From contig MCFE01000113.1 in NCBI GenBank assembly GCA_002104905.1, positions 62,001 through 126,000 of the forward strand: a DNA stretch of 64,000 bases, given 5' to 3'. Under the pieces are notes generated by a model. That model was not told the origin of the DNA, ran no database searches, and saw only the letters and a program-made list of their open reading frames with translations. Numbering within the stretch: position 1 is the first letter of the stretch; every line of letters starts with the position of its first letter. This DNA is from Basidiobolus meristosporus CBS 931.73 (Eukaryota > Fungi > Basidiobolomycota). The translations under genes and the position numbers were made by a program. This document shows, one piece after another, positions 61,411 through 64,000 of this stretch.

Positions 61411-62403
61411 CTATGAGTTCCTGGAGATCCAGATCAGCCACCCACCCATGAGCCAACATAGGCTTGGATACTTGATGGCTGTTGAGGAGGAGCATAATGG
61501 ATCTTCGGGCTCCTGGCCGGTAATGGTCACTTGATGGGTTTCCAGTTGGATTGGCGGGCTCAATCGGGTGTTTCCCGCCTTCAAAAGCCGCTGGAAATCC
61601 TCGACCCGATCGGCCAGTAGGGGAATCGCGAGATCCGGATAGCAGCACAGGATCCGTCGGCGGATTCGAAGAAATCGATCCAAGTAGTCCACCTCGGAGC
61701 CGATCATTGGTCCCGCCAGCCGAATGATACTTCGGAGGCTGAACCCGTCGTCGGTCTGGTAGCCGTGCTGGAAGGCAGTGTCGTAGAAGATCGCCTTCCC
61801 GAGGTAGCTTTGGACCCCCACCTCGTTGGCCAGTTTGATGGCCGGCTCAAAGAAGTGGATGTCCACCGCGCGATGCTGGGATTTTCGAAAGCTCGCCTGG
61901 CAGGAGGCACGACGCCAGGTCTCCCCGAACCCGTCGAAATTACTCGGATCTCCCTTCACCAGGTTGCAATCGGTCTGGTTGCTGAATCGAAGGAGGGAGA
62001 TGAAATACTTCCCGAACGGACTCCGTAGATGGTCCTTTCGGTAGTCAGTGATTACGGACAATGCGGTCCCAGTGGCGGTGGAAAAGCCTGCGAACCCGCA
62101 GGTGAACCCCTTGCCGTCCTTGAGGTTCTTGCAAAAGGAATAGTCGAGCTTGGTGTCTTGCGTTTCGAACACGTTCGTGATGGTGAGGATGCTACGACGA
62201 ACGTCGGGTGGCACGGGGGAGAACGAACCATTGAATGGTAGTGGTGGGGATAATATGCACTCGGCGATGGGTTTTCGGTAGGTGAAGAACGCGCAGTTTT
62301 GTGGGGAGTTGGAGAATTGGTCTTGACAGTAGGGAAAGGACGCACCCAGCACAGCAATAGCCGCCAGTAGGGTGTGGCCTAAAGAAGCGTACAACAACCT
62401 CAT
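61411..62403 (-). CDS. Secreted GH46 chitosanase-like protein (330 aa from the second Met), intronless, possible GPI/membrane tail
   Basis: Signal-like MRLLYASLGHTLLAAIAVLG; NVFETQDTKLDYSFCKNLKDGKGFTCGFAGFSTATG matches the GH46 catalytic signature (Glu codon 62164-62166, Asp codon 62116-62118, Thr of GFTCG); LGKAIFYDTAFQHG; C terminus SSSTAIKYPSLCWLMGGWLIWISRNS. Confidence 0.88.
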   Translation of the reverse strand: MRLLYASLGHTLLAAIAVLGASFPYCQDQFSNSPQNCAFFTYRKPIAECILSPPLPFNGSFSPVPPDVRRSILTITNVFETQDTKLDYSFCKNLKDGKGFTCGFAGFSTATGTALSVITDYRKDHLRSPFGKYFISLLRFSNQTDCNLVKGDPSNFDGFGETWRRASCQASFRKSQHRAVDIHFFEPAIKLANEVGVQSYLGKAIFYDTAFQHGYQTDDGFSLRSIIRLAGPMIGSEVDYLDRFLRIRRRILCCYPDLAIPLLADRVEDFQRLLKAGNTRLSPPIQLETHQVTITGQEPEDPLCSSSTAIKYPSLCWLMGGWLIWISRNS

Positions 62404-62780
62404 GGGATGAAGGGGGCGTTTTTTTCGAACAGACCGGGCTGAGATCAAGTAACTCTGTCGCCGTCGGTCGTCCCAGGCTTTTTAGTTCGGAAATAACGGC
62501 CGCCTTTGCAATAGGAGAGGTTTAGGCTGGAGGCACATATGCGATGCCATGTGGGCAAATCTCAACATTCTCCATATCACCTGTGGAGTAGGGCAAGCTC
62601 ACTCCGCCTGATGGTATCCGAGCCCTTCTTCATGCCCCCTACCTCCAATATGCGCAAGCATTTTCGATACGGAAGGCCAGAAATCCTCCGCTGGGCATGG
62701 TGGAGACGCTAACAAACAGTCATCCGCTGCATGCCTGGATTGGGTCTCTACCCTGAATACAGGTTTCCATGGGTCACTTA

Positions 62781-62786
62781 TTTATT
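62781..62786 (-). terminator. Putative AATAAA polyadenylation signal of the 132-aa gene
   Basis: AATAAA on the minus strand about 75 nt after the stop codon. Confidence 0.45.
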
Positions 62787-62858
62787 CACTATTTATATTG
62801 GAAATGATACCATATATGTTACATGAGGTACCCTTCAAGGGTCAATAGAGCGCATTGC

Positions 62859-63378
62859 TCAGTCCAAGAACTGGCCATTTAAGATCATGCTACGCATGGG
62901 TGATGCAGGGCGATCTGGAATATTTTTCGGGTTTTTCAAGGCTTGTACTCGCGCATGAGGGGGTAGAAGCTTATTTCCTGCCAAGAAGCGGATTAGAATT
63001 GGTTCTGGCCAGCCAATGACAACCCATCGTTACTCACCTTGGGGGGGAGTTTCAGGGAGCTGGTTTGATTTCTACAGGGCAGATTAGTGGTCTCGTATAT
63101 GCTGGTGGTGATAAATAGGGTGATGCACTTACATTGCTTAATATCTGGAAGTAGCTGGTGAAGCCGGCGTTGGGCGGGGAGTTTGGGGGAGAGCCGGAGC
63201 CACTGAAACTCCTGGACTTCTCGGTGAAGCTACCCATGGACTTGGGGCTAGTTGGAGAGGTGCATGTGATGTGGCTGAAAGATTGTCTGCCTAGGGAAGT
63301 CCCAACGGAAAGAGCGCGTCGGCGGCCTGGTATGCTGAGGGGCTGGGAATATGGGCCAGAGCTACTAGTAGAGGACAT
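62859..63378 (-). CDS. Three-exon gene for a 132-aa Ser/Pro-rich protein ending RPASPMRSMILNGQFLD (exons 63378-63133, 63071-63038, 62977-62859)
   Basis: Intron 1 63132-63072 (61 nt, GTAAGT...CTAAT...TAG) and intron 2 63037-62978 (60 nt, GTGAGT...CTAAT...CAG); splicing gives an uninterrupted 399-nt CDS. Confidence 0.85.
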
Positions 63379-63425
63379 GGTACCTTGCAACAATATGATA
63401 GCCATCTCGACAGACGCTCCTCGCT

Positions 63426-63433
63426 CTTTTATA
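63426..63433 (-). promoter_or_regulatory. Putative TATA box of the 132-aa gene
   Basis: TATAAAAG on the minus strand about 50 nt upstream of the ATG at 63378. Confidence 0.45.
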
Positions 63434-63794
63434 AACATCTGCCCGGTAGCGAAAGCGAATGACAGGACAGTCAGATGTCAAGTTGCATGACAACAATGAC
63501 TGAGATGGACTGTGAATCTCTGGATGATTCATCTCGCTCCCTCGACCTATTCTCGGTCAGTTGACGCGCTTGTTTCTCCTCAATCCAGGATGCCCTTTTT
63601 ACTGGAACCACTTTTCCGATCATACTGGCAGCGTTTCACAGGGGATTTGTTCGGTCGGTTGGTCGCTGAACATGCACATCCGATATTTCACTCCATCATG
63701 GACCAGAGCCATGTAAAACCTCGACAGTGGGGCTAGGGTTGGCATGTTGCTAGGATCCCAAATATAGCCATTTCATCATATCGGTACCAGCGAC

Positions 63795-63811
63795 TTAGGG
63801 TTAGGGTTAGG
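63795..63811 (+). repeat. Short interstitial telomere-type repeat (TTAGGG x2.8)
   Basis: TTAGGGTTAGGGTTAGG read directly. Confidence 0.7.
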
Positions 63812-64000
63812 AGAGTGACACGTTTAAACTTGCAAGTCAAGAAGCGCCCGATCCAATTTCTCTTTACATATTAAACCTGTGGGTAACCAACCCTGTGTAA
63901 TCCAGAAGACCAATGGGGTTGCCGGAACTACTGCGCTTGATTGTTGTGGCGTCAGAAATGGTAAATGCAAGAGACTCATATGGTAGGCAATGGTTCACTA

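Noticed and set aside
61704-62357. Overlapping ORFs 61704-61910, 61765-62028, 61826-62044, 62029-62241 and 62052-62357
   Set aside because: Alternative-frame or antisense shadows of the GC-rich GH46 gene; no recognisable motifs
62404-62448. 15-aa N-terminal extension of the GH46 ORF (MISARSVRKKRPLHP)
   Set aside because: The second Met gives a conventional signal peptide; the extension is basic and would displace it
63052-63438. Unspliced 128-aa ORF from the track
   Set aside because: It reads through a canonical 61-nt intron; the spliced model fits better. An apparent homopolymer frameshift near 63055 was also dropped once that intron was found
1-64000. tRNA, rRNA, CRISPR arrays, prokaryotic operons
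   Set aside because: None seen; the only tRNA-related sequence is the 12-nt PBS

Overview
Eukaryotic, most likely fungal DNA (about 60-nt GT-AG introns with CTAAT branch points, fungal-type transposons; taxon not determinable from sequence alone). Positions 1 to about 60,100 are an AT-rich, CpG-depleted block of nested, mostly decayed transposons. It holds two Ty1/copia families (one complete 4.68-kb copy at 54776-59457, TSD GATTA), two Ty3/gypsy remnants (one with a chromodomain) and a long solo-LTR family. It also holds a CMC/EnSpm-type DNA transposon family with CCCTATGAAAAA ends, 3-bp TSDs and two divergent genes (three full-length copies, several fragments and a 299-bp MITE). A PIF/Harbinger-superfamily (DDE_Tnp_4) transposase remnant shares its terminus with a 733-bp fold-back MITE present in three copies, each with an AAT TSD. 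From about 60,100 to 64,000 the DNA is CpG-normal and genic: an intronless secreted GH46 chitosanase-like gene (61411-62403, minus) and a three-exon 132-aa Ser/Pro-rich gene (62859-63378, minus) that the ORF track misses. No rRNA, tRNA or CRISPR seen. All alignments and translations were done by eye; family names come from motif recognition, not database searches.
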